A stretch of 64,000 nt of DNA from an uncultured Candidatus Saccharibacteria bacterium. Its GTDB lineage: Bacteria; Patescibacteriota; Minisyncoccia; UBA6257; UBA9933. The stretch is from NCBI GenBank assembly GCA_964428615.1, contig CAYRXZ010000002.1, positions 968 to 64,967 on the forward strand, read 5' to 3'. The position numbers and the translations under genes are program-made. The notes beneath the pieces are model-generated. The model saw only the letters and a program-made list of their open reading frames with translations, did not search any database and was not told the origin of the DNA. Shown here in pieces: positions 38,486 to 48,899 of this stretch. Each line of letters starts with the position of its first letter. Within the stretch, counting starts at the first letter, position 1.

Positions 38486-38486
38486 A

Positions 38487-39935
38487 ATGCGAATTCATGA
38501 TGTCGCTTTTTATACTGCCGGGTTTTTCATTTTAGGAATCTTTGGCTCTAGCTTAAAAATAAGTTTGCCGACTATTCTATTTATGACCGTTTTTATCGCG
38601 GTTCTATTTTTATTTACAGGATTTTATAAAAATTCAAAAAAATTATTTTGGCTCGCGGCGATTTCTTTGATGATTATCATCGGCGCTTTTTATTTTAATT
38701 TCCGAGATTTTAACAGAGAGGAAAATGTTAAAATCGTTTTTAACGAGAAAACTGATTTTCAGGGATTGGTGATGGGGGATCCTAGACGGGGCGAATGGCA
38801 GGATTTAAAAATAAAATTAATGCCACCTTATAGCGGAAATATTGCGGTTAAGCTATCACTTTATCCGAGTTTTAAATATGGCGATTTGATAAATTTTTCC
38901 GGTAAGATTAAAAAACCAGCAATGGATGAATACGCCGATTATCTTAAAAATGAAAATATTTCCGGGACTGCTGCTTTTTTAGGAACAGAATTAGTTGCCG
39001 AAAATCAAAACTCAAAAATAAAATCAATTCTTTTTGGTTTAAAAAATAAAACAATCGTCAATCTCCAAAAAGTTTTGCCGGCTGAAAGCGCGGCATTTAT
39101 GTCGGGAATTATTCTGGGGGAGCGGGCGGAATTTTCAAAAGAATTAAAAACCGCGATGTCTAATTCTGGCACGACTCATTTAGTAGCGCTTTCAGGCTAT
39201 AATATTTCAGTTATTGGTATAGCGATCGGCGTAATATTTGGTTATTTTTTAAATAGGCGATGGACTTTCTTTTTAAGTGTTTTAGTTATTGTTATTTTTG
39301 TTTTAATGACTGGAGCTGAAGCTTCAGTGGTTAGGGCAGCTATTATGGGCTCAATTTTGCTTCTAGCGAAACAAGTAGGTAGAATTTATAGTTTTAGAAA
39401 CGCTATTGCTTTAGCGGCGTTTTTTATGATATTGGAGAATCCGAGAATTTTAAATTTTGATATCGGTTTTCAATTATCATTTGTTGCGCTTTTAGGGCTT
39501 GTATATTTAGTGCCGGCACTCGAAAAAATTTTTAATTTAAATAAAGAAAATGATTTTTGGGGGGTAAAAGAGAATTTTTTGAATACTTTTTCGGCGCAAC
39601 TTGCCGTAGCGCCAATGCTTATTTTTTATTTCGGGAATTTTTCGCTTATTGCGGTTATTAGTAATATTTTAATTTTAACTTTTATACCGATTACAATGGC
39701 TTTGGGATTTATTTTGGCTGGGATAGGATTTATTTCTTATTATTTTTCTTTGGTTTTCGGTTGGTTTGTAAATTTATTTTTGGCGTACGAGCTTTTTATA
39801 ATAAAATTTTTCGGCGGACTAAATATTTTAAAAATAAATTTCTCCGGCGCGGTGCTGTTTGTTGTTTATTATATTATATTAATAGGATTAATAGTTTGGG
39901 CAAATAAAAAACATAATAGTGGGCCATCGAGATAG
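38487..39935 (+). CDS. comEC: ComEC/Rec2 competence protein (no MBL domain)
   Basis: GTTHLVALSGYN, SVVRAAIM, DIGFQLSF; many TM helices. Confidence 0.9.
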   Translation: MRIHDVAFYTAGFFILGIFGSSLKISLPTILFMTVFIAVLFLFTGFYKNSKKLFWLAAISLMIIIGAFYFNFRDFNREENVKIVFNEKTDFQGLVMGDPRRGEWQDLKIKLMPPYSGNIAVKLSLYPSFKYGDLINFSGKIKKPAMDEYADYLKNENISGTAAFLGTELVAENQNSKIKSILFGLKNKTIVNLQKVLPAESAAFMSGIILGERAEFSKELKTAMSNSGTTHLVALSGYNISVIGIAIGVIFGYFLNRRWTFFLSVLVIVIFVLMTGAEASVVRAAIMGSILLLAKQVGRIYSFRNAIALAAFFMILENPRILNFDIGFQLSFVALLGLVYLVPALEKIFNLNKENDFWGVKENFLNTFSAQLAVAPMLIFYFGNFSLIAVISNILILTFIPITMALGFILAGIGFISYYFSLVFGWFVNLFLAYELFIIKFFGGLNILKINFSGAVLFVVYYIILIGLIVWANKKHNSGPSR

Positions 39936-39963
39936 AGTTGGGAATTTAAAATCAAGTGTTTTG

Positions 39964-40821
39964 TCATGGCAAAGTACTTGAGTTTAACCTGTAGAAATTT
40001 TCCATTATTTTCGCCACCAAAATCGGGCCTGTGCCGCCGGGGGTTGGAGTGTAAAAAAACGATGAATTTTTGGCATTAAATAATGAGGTGTCGAAGTCTC
40101 CCTTTATTTTTTTACTCATTACTCCATACTTATTTCTCTTTTTTGTTATACTATAACCGAAATCAATTACAATAGCACTTTCTTTTAAATCTTTTTCGGA
40201 AAATAAGTTTGGCTTACCGGCGCCACTAATTATTACATCGGCGTTTTTTAACTCTTCTTTAATGTTTTCCGTTTTGCTGTTTAAAATTATCAGTTCCGCG
40301 GTTTTTTCTTTGAGCCACGCCGCAATTGGTCTGCCTATTAAATTGCCGGTGCCCATGACGGCAACTTTTTTAGAATTTAGAATATAGGATTGAGAATTTA
40401 GTATTTCTTTAACGACTTCAACTGCCGGCGGTAAAATTGTGCTCTTTCCAGCGTTAAAAACTTTAAGTGCCTGCTTGCCTAAAACATCAATATCTTTTTC
40501 CGCCGGAATGATATTTAAAATTTCTTGGCTATTAAATTGTTTAGGCAAAGGAAGTTGAATAATTATTCCGCCAACAGATTCTTGGTTGACGATTTCATCT
40601 ACCTTTTGGAGAAGTTCTCCTCGGGAAATATTTTCCGGGAATTCATAAATTTGAAAATCAACATTAAGTTCTTTAGCAGCTTTTTCTTTTTGTTTGAGAA
40701 AACTTATTGAGGCGAAATTTTTTCCGACTAAAACAGCTGCTAAAGTTTTATTTGGCGTTGGGTGTAATTTAAGCCTATTTGTAATTTTTTTGACTATCTC
40801 TTTACAGGGAATTTGTGGCAT
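39964..40821 (-). CDS. folD: methylenetetrahydrofolate dehydrogenase/cyclohydrolase
   Basis: GIIIQLPLP, KDID, ADVIISGAG, TP.PGGTGP. Confidence 0.93.
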   Translation of the reverse strand: MPQIPCKEIVKKITNRLKLHPTPNKTLAAVLVGKNFASISFLKQKEKAAKELNVDFQIYEFPENISRGELLQKVDEIVNQESVGGIIIQLPLPKQFNSQEILNIIPAEKDIDVLGKQALKVFNAGKSTILPPAVEVVKEILNSQSYILNSKKVAVMGTGNLIGRPIAAWLKEKTAELIILNSKTENIKEELKNADVIISGAGKPNLFSEKDLKESAIVIDFGYSITKKRNKYGVMSKKIKGDFDTSLFNAKNSSFFYTPTPGGTGPILVAKIMENFYRLNSSTLP

Positions 40822-42014
40822 AATCTTTGAACTTCTTTTTTGATTTCCGTAGTATTTTCTTCTTCTTTTAAAGTTTTATCAATAAGTTTAGCGATTTTTT
40901 TCATTTCTTTTTCTTTCATACCTCGGCTGGTTAGCGCCGGGGTCCCAAGTCGGATTCCCGAGGGGTTATTAGGAGTTTTCTCATCGTAAGGAATGGTATT
41001 TTTATTGACGATAATATTCGCTTTTTCAAGTATCTCGCTGGCTTGTTTTCCACCGATGCCACGAGAAAAAACATCTATTAATAAAAGGTGGGTATCGGTA
41101 CCGCCGGAAATAACGCGCCAGTCAAGCTTTTTGAGTTCTTCGGCTAATGCTTTGGCATTTTTAACAATTTGTTTAGCGTAATTTTTAAATTCCGGCTTGC
41201 TGGCTTCATATAAAGCGGTGGCAGTTGCGGTAATTTGGTTTATGTGAGGGCCGCCTTGCATCCCAGGGAATACTGCTTTATCTATTTTTTCGGAAAACCC
41301 TTTTTTTGAAAAAATCATGGCTCCGCGGGGCCCGCGAAGAGTTTTATGGGTGGTTGTCATAACAACATCGGCATATTTAAAGGGAGAAGGATAAACCTTG
41401 CCCGCCACCAAGCCAGCAAAATGCGACATATCAACCATAAGAATCGCGCCAATACTATCGGCGATTTTTCTGAATTTTTTAAAATCAATAATTCTTGAAT
41501 ATGCAGTAAAGCCGGCAACTATTAATAATGGTTTTTCTTTTTTGGCGATTTTTAAAATTTCGTCATAATCCAGCATTTCAGTTTTTTTATCTACGCCATA
41601 AGGGATTTGTTTCCATAATTTCCCGACTGCGCTTGCTTTGTGACCGTGAGTTAAGTGGCCACCCATATCAAGTCGCATACCCATTATTTTTCCTCTAACT
41701 GGAACTAGGGCGAGATAAATCGCGATATTAGCGGGCGAGCCGGAATAAGGTTGGACATTAACATTCCAATCCTGAGAAAGCTTAAAAACTTTTTTTGCTC
41801 GGTTTTTGGCAAGATTTTCAATTTTATCCACGATTTCATTTCCGGCATAATAACGTTTTCCTGAATAGCCTTCGGAGTATTTATTGGTTAAAACGGAACC
41901 AAGCGCTTCTAAAACGCTTTTTGAAACGATATTTTCCGACGGAATTAAGTTTAATGTTTCTGTTTGACGTTTTTCTTCGGCTTTTATAAGCTTTTTAAGC
42001 TTTTTATCTTCCAT
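40794..42014 (-). CDS. glyA: serine hydroxymethyltransferase
   Basis: LIPSEN, NKYSEGY..KRYY, GGHLTHG, TTTHKTLRGPRG, SGIRLGT. Confidence 0.98.
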   Translation of the reverse strand: MEDKKLKKLIKAEEKRQTETLNLIPSENIVSKSVLEALGSVLTNKYSEGYSGKRYYAGNEIVDKIENLAKNRAKKVFKLSQDWNVNVQPYSGSPANIAIYLALVPVRGKIMGMRLDMGGHLTHGHKASAVGKLWKQIPYGVDKKTEMLDYDEILKIAKKEKPLLIVAGFTAYSRIIDFKKFRKIADSIGAILMVDMSHFAGLVAGKVYPSPFKYADVVMTTTHKTLRGPRGAMIFSKKGFSEKIDKAVFPGMQGGPHINQITATATALYEASKPEFKNYAKQIVKNAKALAEELKKLDWRVISGGTDTHLLLIDVFSRGIGGKQASEILEKANIIVNKNTIPYDEKTPNNPSGIRLGTPALTSRGMKEKEMKKIAKLIDKTLKEEENTTEIKKEVQRLCHKFPVKR

Positions 42015-42039
42015 ATTTCAATAATAAACTAAATTGGAG

Positions 42040-42048
42040 TTATCCACA
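42040..42048 (+). promoter_or_regulatory. perfect DnaA box in the glyA promoter region
   Basis: TTATCCACA. Confidence 0.55.
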
Positions 42049-42129
42049 ATGAGAGGTTTTAATTAGCGGTTTTAAGATATATAATAGAATTAATAAAGGT
42101 CGAAGAATTGAATCTAGTAAATAAATTTT

Positions 42130-42813
42130 ATGGTAATTCAAACTTGGACGGAAATCTTAGTTGCTGCACTTCAAAATGTTTGGTATGGCGTTGTCAGTTT
42201 TTTACCGTCTTTACTGGGCGCTATAATAGTCCTAATCATCGGTTTAGTGGTAGCTTCAGTGGTTAAAACACTAATAGAAAAAATAGTTGCGGTTCTTAAA
42301 ATGGATGCTGGTTTGAAAAAAATCGGTTTAGCGCCGTTTTTTGAAAGAGCAGGTCTGCAAATTAATTCTGGGAAGTTCTTGGGCCTTTTAGTCTATTGGT
42401 TCTTAATGATTGTTTTCGTTTTAGCGATTACGGATATATTGGGCCTCTATGGAATTTCTTTGTTCCTTAAAGATGTTCTTTCTTATGTCCCCAACATCAT
42501 TGTCGCAGTTTTGATAATGTTGGCTTCGATTGTTGTCGCGAATTTCTTGAAATCATTGGTGAGAGCCACGGTTGCAAGCGCGAACCTTCCCAGCTCGCGT
42601 TTCTTGGGAACCTTGGCATGGTGGACAGTAGTTGTTTTCGGTTTATTGGCTGCTTTAATTCAGGTTGGCATTGCAGTTAGTCTTATAAATACCCTTATGA
42701 CGGGTTTTGTAGCTATGCTCGCCTTGGCTGGAGGTATTGCCTTTGGTATTGGCGGGAAAGATTATGCTGCGCATTTGCTTGAAAAATTCAGAAAAGAAAC
42801 CGAAGAAAGATAA
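42130..42813 (+). CDS. TM-helix repeat membrane protein (CmpX/MscS-associated-like)
   Basis: FLP.L.GA..VLIIG, Y.PNI..AV, A.GIAFG.GG motifs. Confidence 0.8.
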   Translation: MVIQTWTEILVAALQNVWYGVVSFLPSLLGAIIVLIIGLVVASVVKTLIEKIVAVLKMDAGLKKIGLAPFFERAGLQINSGKFLGLLVYWFLMIVFVLAITDILGLYGISLFLKDVLSYVPNIIVAVLIMLASIVVANFLKSLVRATVASANLPSSRFLGTLAWWTVVVFGLLAALIQVGIAVSLINTLMTGFVAMLALAGGIAFGIGGKDYAAHLLEKFRKETEER

Positions 42814-42842
42814 ATTTAGTTCGAATTCGGTCTGAAAAACAG

Positions 42843-42874
42843 AAATCCCGTTCTTGTGAGGAGACGGGGTTTTT
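42843..42874 (+). terminator. intrinsic terminator
   Basis: AAATCCCGTT...GACGGGGTTTTT. Confidence 0.7.
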
Positions 42875-42940
42875 GTTATTGAAAATTTATTAAAAATAAA
42901 TTATAATAATTTAAAGATTAAAGATTAAAGATTTTAACCT

Positions 42941-43576
42941 ATGGTCATCACTTTTTATGGCGAAGGCTGTTTTAAAATTCAAAGCGGCGAGCTTTCTGTT
43001 TTGATAGATCCTTTTGACGCTCAAACAGGGCTGACGCCGCCTCGTTTTAAGGCGGATATTGTTCTAAAAACGATTACATCAACTTCTTTTTTCGAGAAAA
43101 AAGAAGTTCCACTTTCTTCGGAAATTATCGGTCAGGGAGAGTATAATATTAAGGGCGCTGATATTTCGGGATTCCAATTAATAAAAGAATCGTCGAAAAT
43201 TTTTTTTAAAACAGTGTATGTCTTAAGAATTGAGGATATTAATTTATGTTTTTTAGGGCATATTTCTGAGGTTCCCGAGCCGACGGTTTTAGAACGTTTA
43301 GGAGAACCGGATATTATTTTTATTCCGGCCGGAGGTTCGCCATTTATAGATTTAAAGTCAGCGGTGAAAATTGCCAAACAGTTCCAGCCCAAAATGGTAA
43401 TACCTTCCTTCTTTAAAGTCCCCTCACTAAAAAGAAAAGCAGGAGATATTAAAGATTTTTTGGAAGAGTTTAACGGAGCTAAAGAAAAAATTAATGAAGC
43501 TGTTGAAAAATTAACAATAAAAAAGAAAGATTTGGCAGGAATAAAAAAAACGCAAATTACTGTATTAAAAATATGA
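42941..43576 (+). CDS. MBL-fold hydrolase-like protein with degenerate metal motifs
   Basis: ITFYG..CFKI, LIDPF, DI.FIP.GG, P.MVIP; His ligands largely missing. Confidence 0.7.
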   Translation: MVITFYGEGCFKIQSGELSVLIDPFDAQTGLTPPRFKADIVLKTITSTSFFEKKEVPLSSEIIGQGEYNIKGADISGFQLIKESSKIFFKTVYVLRIEDINLCFLGHISEVPEPTVLERLGEPDIIFIPAGGSPFIDLKSAVKIAKQFQPKMVIPSFFKVPSLKRKAGDIKDFLEEFNGAKEKINEAVEKLTIKKKDLAGIKKTQITVLKI

Positions 43577-43863
43577 TGTGGGTTAAAAGATTTATTGGAC
43601 GAATTCAAAATTCTGATGAACAAATAAAAAGGCGGTGGACGATTTTATTTAGTGTTACGGCGATTATGGTAGTTACTGCATTTTGGATTCTTTTTATGGT
43701 TCGTCAGATATCTTTTGTTGCGCCGGAAATTACCAATATAGATGAGCCGGGATTTTGGCAGATTTTTAAAAATGGAGCGTTAATGATTTTTAATTCAATT
43801 GGTGAAAATATTAAAAACATTTTTTTATTAATAACGGAGAAAAATACGATCGTAATAGAATAG
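43573..43863 (+). CDS. hypothetical single-TM protein
   Basis: ATGA overlap with upstream gene; one hydrophobic helix. Confidence 0.65.
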   Translation: MMWVKRFIGRIQNSDEQIKRRWTILFSVTAIMVVTAFWILFMVRQISFVAPEITNIDEPGFWQIFKNGALMIFNSIGENIKNIFLLITEKNTIVIE

Positions 43864-43877
43864 ACATGTCATAGAGA

Positions 43878-46328
43878 ATGGATATAAAAAATCAAAAAAT
43901 TGAAAAACAGGAAATAACAGATGAGCTTCGCGAATGTTATCTTGATTATGCGATGTCGGTTATAGTTTCGCGTGCTTTGCCTGACTTAAGAGACGGATTA
44001 AAACCAGTTCAAAGAAGAATTTTATGGACAATGTGGGAAGAAGGATTGGGATATTCGGCAAAATTCAGAAAATCGGCAAATGTTACAGGAACTGTTTTGG
44101 CGCGCTATCATCCGCATGGCGATATGGCAGTTTATGACGCTCTTGCCAGAATGGCGCAAGATTTTTCTTTAAGATATCCCCTTATTAAAGGACAGGGGAA
44201 CTGGGGCAGTATTGATGGTGATGCACCCGCCGCCCAACGTTACACCGAGGCCAAACTCACAAAAATTTCCGAGGAACTTTTATTTGATATTGAAAAAGAA
44301 ACCGTAGATTGGCAGCAGAATTATGATTCAACAAGAGAAGAACCAAAAGTCTTACCTTCAAAACTCCCAAACCTTTTACTTAATGGTTCATTTGGTATTG
44401 CCGTGGGAATGTCGACAAATATTCCTCCACATAATCTTTCTGAAATAGTAGACGCTTCAATTTATTTGGCAGATCACCCAAAAAGCGGGAATGAAGAACT
44501 TACGCAATTTATCCAAGGACCGGATTTTCCGACTGGTGGAATTATTTACGATAAAAAAGCGATTATTGAAGCATATGCCTCGGGTAAGGGAGCAATAACT
44601 TGCAGAGCTAAAACCGAAATAGAAGAAAGAAAGGCGGGGCAATTCAATATTGTAGTTACAGAAATTCCTTATCAAGTGAACAAGTCGGAACTTATAATTA
44701 AAATTGCCGAATTAGTTACAGATAAAAGAATAGAAGGAGTTCGCGATTTGCGCGATGAGAGCGACAGAGATGGTATGAGAATAGTGGTTGAACTTAAAAA
44801 TGACGCCAACCCTCAGAAAATTTTAAATCAGCTTTTCAAGCACACCGATCTACAGAAAAACTTTAATCTTAATATGATTGCGCTAGTAAGTGGAATTCAG
44901 CCGCAGCTTTTGTCTCTAAAGGAGGTTTTGGCTGGCCACTTGGAACATCGTAGGTTAGTGGTTGAAAAACGCGCTAAATATGAACTTAAAAAAGCTAAAG
45001 AACGCGAGCATATTCTTGAAGGTTTGGCAAAAGCACTTTCAAAAATAGATGAGATAATTTCAACAATTAAAAAATCAAAAGACCGTTCGGACGCTCATGA
45101 GAATTTGGTAAAGAAATTTAAATTTACCGATATCCAAGCGACTGCCATTTTGGAAATGAGACTCCAAAACTTGGCGGCTTTAGAAAGAAACAAAATAGAA
45201 GCTGAGCTTGAAGAGAAAAGAAAAATAATACGTGAACTTGAAATTTTACTTAAGAGTCCGGAAAAAATTCTTAAGGTTATCAAAGAAGAAATGCTTGAGC
45301 TTAAGACTATTTATGGTGATAGCCGTCGGACAAGGCTCGTTTCTTCCGGTTTAACAGAGTTTAAGGAAGAGGATTTAATTCCACAAGAAGAAGTTATGAT
45401 TACACTTTCGGGCAGTGGCTACATCAAAAGAGTCCCGCCTTCGACAATTAAAGTTCAGCATCGCGGCGGCAAAGGGGTTGTTGGCTCCGATGTCAGCGAG
45501 GAAGATTTTATAAGTCATTTTATTTCAGCGGATACTCATGATAATATTTTATTCTTTACAAATAGGGGCAGAGCTTTTCAAACGAAGGTTTATGAAATTC
45601 CAGCCGGTTCACGCACAAGCAAGGGCAAGGTAATTCAAAACTTTTTAGAAATTCCGACAGATGAAACAATAAGCGCCATCATTAGTTATTCGGATAAAAA
45701 AAATTCAGGTGGCGGAAAGTTTTTGGTGATGGTGACAAAAAAGGGAATAATTAAGAAAACCGGTTTGGAAAACTTTGAAAATATTCGCCGGAACGGAATA
45801 GCGGCGATTAACTTACAAAAAGGAGATGAACTTAAATGGGTTGAATTATCTTCGGGTAGGGACGAAATTATTTTGATTACTGCTAATGGTAAGGCGATAA
45901 GATTTAAGGAATCTCAATTAAGGTCGATGGGTAGAACAGCCGCCGGCGTGAAAGCTATTAAGATAAAAGGTAATGACTTTATTGCCGGGCTTGATATAAT
46001 AAATAGAGGTGATAAAACAAAAACAATAAGTGAAAAATTATTAATAATTACCGAAAATGGTTTCGCCAAACAGACACCATTAAAAGAATATAAAGTTCAA
46101 AGCCGTGGAGGACAAGGAATTAAAACGGCTAAAATTACCGAAAAAACAGGTAAAATAGTTACAGCGAAAATAATAGAAGGAGAAGAAGAACTTATGGCGC
46201 TTTCAAATAAGGGGCAGATTATAAAAACAAAAATTTCGGATATTAGAACGGCCGGCCGCGCTACTTCTGGAGTAAAAGTAATGAGGTTGAATAGCGGAGA
46301 TAAGGTGGCGGGAGCGGCAATATTGTAA
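43878..46328 (+). CDS. gyrA: DNA gyrase subunit A
   Basis: YAMSVI..RALPD.RDGLKPV, YHPHGD, AA.RYTE, GyrA-box QHRGGKG, C-terminal pinwheel repeats. Confidence 0.98.
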   Translation: MDIKNQKIEKQEITDELRECYLDYAMSVIVSRALPDLRDGLKPVQRRILWTMWEEGLGYSAKFRKSANVTGTVLARYHPHGDMAVYDALARMAQDFSLRYPLIKGQGNWGSIDGDAPAAQRYTEAKLTKISEELLFDIEKETVDWQQNYDSTREEPKVLPSKLPNLLLNGSFGIAVGMSTNIPPHNLSEIVDASIYLADHPKSGNEELTQFIQGPDFPTGGIIYDKKAIIEAYASGKGAITCRAKTEIEERKAGQFNIVVTEIPYQVNKSELIIKIAELVTDKRIEGVRDLRDESDRDGMRIVVELKNDANPQKILNQLFKHTDLQKNFNLNMIALVSGIQPQLLSLKEVLAGHLEHRRLVVEKRAKYELKKAKEREHILEGLAKALSKIDEIISTIKKSKDRSDAHENLVKKFKFTDIQATAILEMRLQNLAALERNKIEAELEEKRKIIRELEILLKSPEKILKVIKEEMLELKTIYGDSRRTRLVSSGLTEFKEEDLIPQEEVMITLSGSGYIKRVPPSTIKVQHRGGKGVVGSDVSEEDFISHFISADTHDNILFFTNRGRAFQTKVYEIPAGSRTSKGKVIQNFLEIPTDETISAIISYSDKKNSGGGKFLVMVTKKGIIKKTGLENFENIRRNGIAAINLQKGDELKWVELSSGRDEIILITANGKAIRFKESQLRSMGRTAAGVKAIKIKGNDFIAGLDIINRGDKTKTISEKLLIITENGFAKQTPLKEYKVQSRGGQGIKTAKITEKTGKIVTAKIIEGEEELMALSNKGQIIKTKISDIRTAGRATSGVKVMRLNSGDKVAGAAIL

Positions 46329-46330
46329 AT

Positions 46331-47635
46331 ATGAATTTTTCTAAAACTCAGATAATAATTTTAGGAATAATAGGATCAATAGTTTTGTTTTTCACGCTGG
46401 TTTTTTTGGGTGTTATCCCGGGCCTAAAAACTTCAGGCTTGGGTAGTTTTACATTTGGGCCAGGTGGAGGAGATCAAGTAAAAATTAATTTTTGGGGTAT
46501 AGCTGAGGCTGATAGTCAAAATTCAGTACAGAAATTAATTGAAGAATATTCAAAAACTAATGGGAATATCCAAATAGCTTATCGTCACTTTGATGATGCG
46601 GAAACCTATGAAAAAACCTTATTGAATTCTTTAGCAATAGGGCAGGGGCCCGACATTTTTATGTTCCATAGCAGCTGGCTGATAAAACATTATGACAAAG
46701 CCGCGTCAGCACCTGAACCTTTAAATTTAAATTATATTCAACAAATATTTCCTGATGTGGTCCGGTATGATTTTTCGATAGAAAATAACGTTTACGCTTT
46801 GCCGCTTTATATAGACACATTAGCTATTATTTATAATAAAGATATTTTTAATGCTAAATCAATCGCTTTGGTGCCGAAAACATGGGCGGAATTTGAAAGT
46901 TTAGTTCCACAACTTCGGGAATTAAATATTTTAAATCAAGTAGTTAGGCCGGCTGCGGCAATAGGCGGTTCAAATAAGAGCATTAATACGGCTTCGGATA
47001 TATTAAATCTTTTGATTCTTCAATCAGGCAGTCAAATAGTTGATAAGCAAGGGCAAGTGACTTTAGGGCAAGATGCATTATCGGCTTTCAATTTTTATAT
47101 TCAATTTGCTGACCCTTCGGGCAGCTATTATACGTGGAATGATAATATCGGCAATTCGATAGAGCTTTTTAGTAGGGGAGATTTAGCGACAATTTTTGAT
47201 TATCAGTCGTCTCTTGCGTCAATAAAGGCAAGAAATCCTTATTTAAATATAGGAATTAGCGCTATGCCGCAATCAAATCTTGCGCAGCCAATTAATTATT
47301 CTGATTATTGGGGACTAGCAGTTTCAAGACAGAGCAAAAATCAAATTTTAGGATGGAATTTTATTATTGCTGTAACAGCAGACCCAAAAATGTCGGAAAT
47401 TTATCTTAAAGCAGCTGGAAAGCCACCGGCATTACGTTCTCTTATAGAAAAATATAAAATAGATGCCAATTTGAGTATTTTTGCCAAACAGGCGCTTACG
47501 GCAAAGTCTTGGCTCAAGTCAGACGGTAAAGCCATTAATCAAATTTTCTCAAATATGATAGGATATGTTTTAAATGGGAAATTATCTTCAGATAAGGCGA
47601 TGAATCAGGCCAAAAACGAAATAAACGCTTTATGA
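46331..47635 (+). CDS. extracellular solute-binding protein (sugar ABC type), membrane-anchored
   Basis: G.GPDIF, YALP..IDTLA..YNKDIF, PKTW.EF; N-terminal TM. Confidence 0.85.
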   Translation: MNFSKTQIIILGIIGSIVLFFTLVFLGVIPGLKTSGLGSFTFGPGGGDQVKINFWGIAEADSQNSVQKLIEEYSKTNGNIQIAYRHFDDAETYEKTLLNSLAIGQGPDIFMFHSSWLIKHYDKAASAPEPLNLNYIQQIFPDVVRYDFSIENNVYALPLYIDTLAIIYNKDIFNAKSIALVPKTWAEFESLVPQLRELNILNQVVRPAAAIGGSNKSINTASDILNLLILQSGSQIVDKQGQVTLGQDALSAFNFYIQFADPSGSYYTWNDNIGNSIELFSRGDLATIFDYQSSLASIKARNPYLNIGISAMPQSNLAQPINYSDYWGLAVSRQSKNQILGWNFIIAVTADPKMSEIYLKAAGKPPALRSLIEKYKIDANLSIFAKQALTAKSWLKSDGKAINQIFSNMIGYVLNGKLSSDKAMNQAKNEINAL

Positions 47636-48048
47636 TTAGTAAAATGAAAAATTCAATTTTATTTTTTGCTTTGTATTTCGCGTTTTTTGCCGCTCGCGCC
47701 AATGCCGCTGGCGCTGGCCTGGTGCCTTGCGGAGGAGCCGAGCAAAACCCATGTACTTGGTGTCATTTCAGTCAGTTGGCGATAAATATTATAGACTTTA
47801 TGATGTATTTGGTTTTTCCTCTGGCGGCGGTAATGATTGTTATTGGTGGTATATTTATTATGACTTCCGGAGGTTCAAGCGCCAGGTTTAGCAAAGGGAA
47901 AGAAATGATTACTGGAGCGGTTATCGGAATTTTAATTGCCTTGCTTTCTTGGATAATTATTGATACAATAATTCAAACAATCGCGGTAGGTTGGGACGGT
48001 TTAAACTTAACTCCGTGGAATAAAATAAATTTAGGCGAAAAATGTTAA
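47632..48048 (+). CDS. VirB2/TrbC-like pilin 1
   Basis: signal peptide, GLVPCG..C, two TM helices joined by GG...MTSGG......GK. Confidence 0.75.
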   Translation: MISKMKNSILFFALYFAFFAARANAAGAGLVPCGGAEQNPCTWCHFSQLAINIIDFMMYLVFPLAAVMIVIGGIFIMTSGGSSARFSKGKEMITGAVIGILIALLSWIIIDTIIQTIAVGWDGLNLTPWNKINLGEKC

Positions 48049-48051
48049 TTT

Positions 48052-48390
48052 ATGGCTAAATTTTCAAAAAAATTATTAGGCGTCGCTTTAGCGGCAGGTA
48101 ATGATTTAAAAAGCGCTGCTCAGCAGTTAGCGCAGGGTTCGCCAATCAGCAGTCCCGAAAAAATATTCTCAATTTTACAAAAAGTAGTCCAATATACCTA
48201 TACGGTTTTTTTCATTGTCGCAGTTTTATTTATTTTAATCGCCGCTTTTAATTTTTTAAATGCAAAAGGGGACCCGATTAAAATTAATAGCGCCAAAAGC
48301 CAAATTCTTTGGGCAATAGTGGCGATTGTTGTTGCTTTAGTATCGCTTGGAGCAGCTCAAATAATAAATAGTTTTATTGAGGGCGCCTAA
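48052..48390 (+). CDS. VirB2/TrbC-like pilin 2
   Basis: FFIVAVLFILIAAF.FL.A.GDP.KI..AK.QI.WAI. Confidence 0.75.
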   Translation: MAKFSKKLLGVALAAGNDLKSAAQQLAQGSPISSPEKIFSILQKVVQYTYTVFFIVAVLFILIAAFNFLNAKGDPIKINSAKSQILWAIVAIVVALVSLGAAQIINSFIEGA

Positions 48391-48398
48391 GAATAAAA

Positions 48399-48842
48399 AT
48401 GAGGAAAGCACTTATATTTTCAACTATTTTAATTTCTTTTTTGCCCTTTTTTGCTTTGGCGCAATTTACGCCGGGCTCAATTCCGGAACCCAGCGATTAC
48501 GGCATAAAAGGAGCAGAAAATATACCCACAAATAGCGATGATTTATTAGATATTTTAAGGTCAGTGGTTAAATTTGTTTATATAGCCTTTTTTATCATTG
48601 CTGTTTTGTTTATAGTGATTGCTGCGTTTAATTATTTGACTGGAGCTGATGCTCCAGATAAGATTAAAGCTGCTCATACACAGTTAGTTTATTCAATTAT
48701 CGCTATTGGCATAGCCTTACTAGCGTTGACATTACAGGTAGTTGTTGGAAGTTTCATTAAAAACACCGGCGGTTCAACTGTGCAAGAAAATCAAATTCAG
48801 TCCGGCTATCAATTAAATGATGGGTCTACGATGTATCGATAA
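48399..48842 (+). CDS. VirB2/TrbC-like pilin 3
   Basis: signal peptide; FFIIAVLFIVIAAFNYLT...PDKI..A..QL.Y. Confidence 0.75.
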   Translation: MRKALIFSTILISFLPFFALAQFTPGSIPEPSDYGIKGAENIPTNSDDLLDILRSVVKFVYIAFFIIAVLFIVIAAFNYLTGADAPDKIKAAHTQLVYSIIAIGIALLALTLQVVVGSFIKNTGGSTVQENQIQSGYQLNDGSTMYR

Positions 48843-48899
48843 ATTAAAAATTACATAATATAGACATAAAAGGTCGATTATTGAAAAATTAATTAAATT

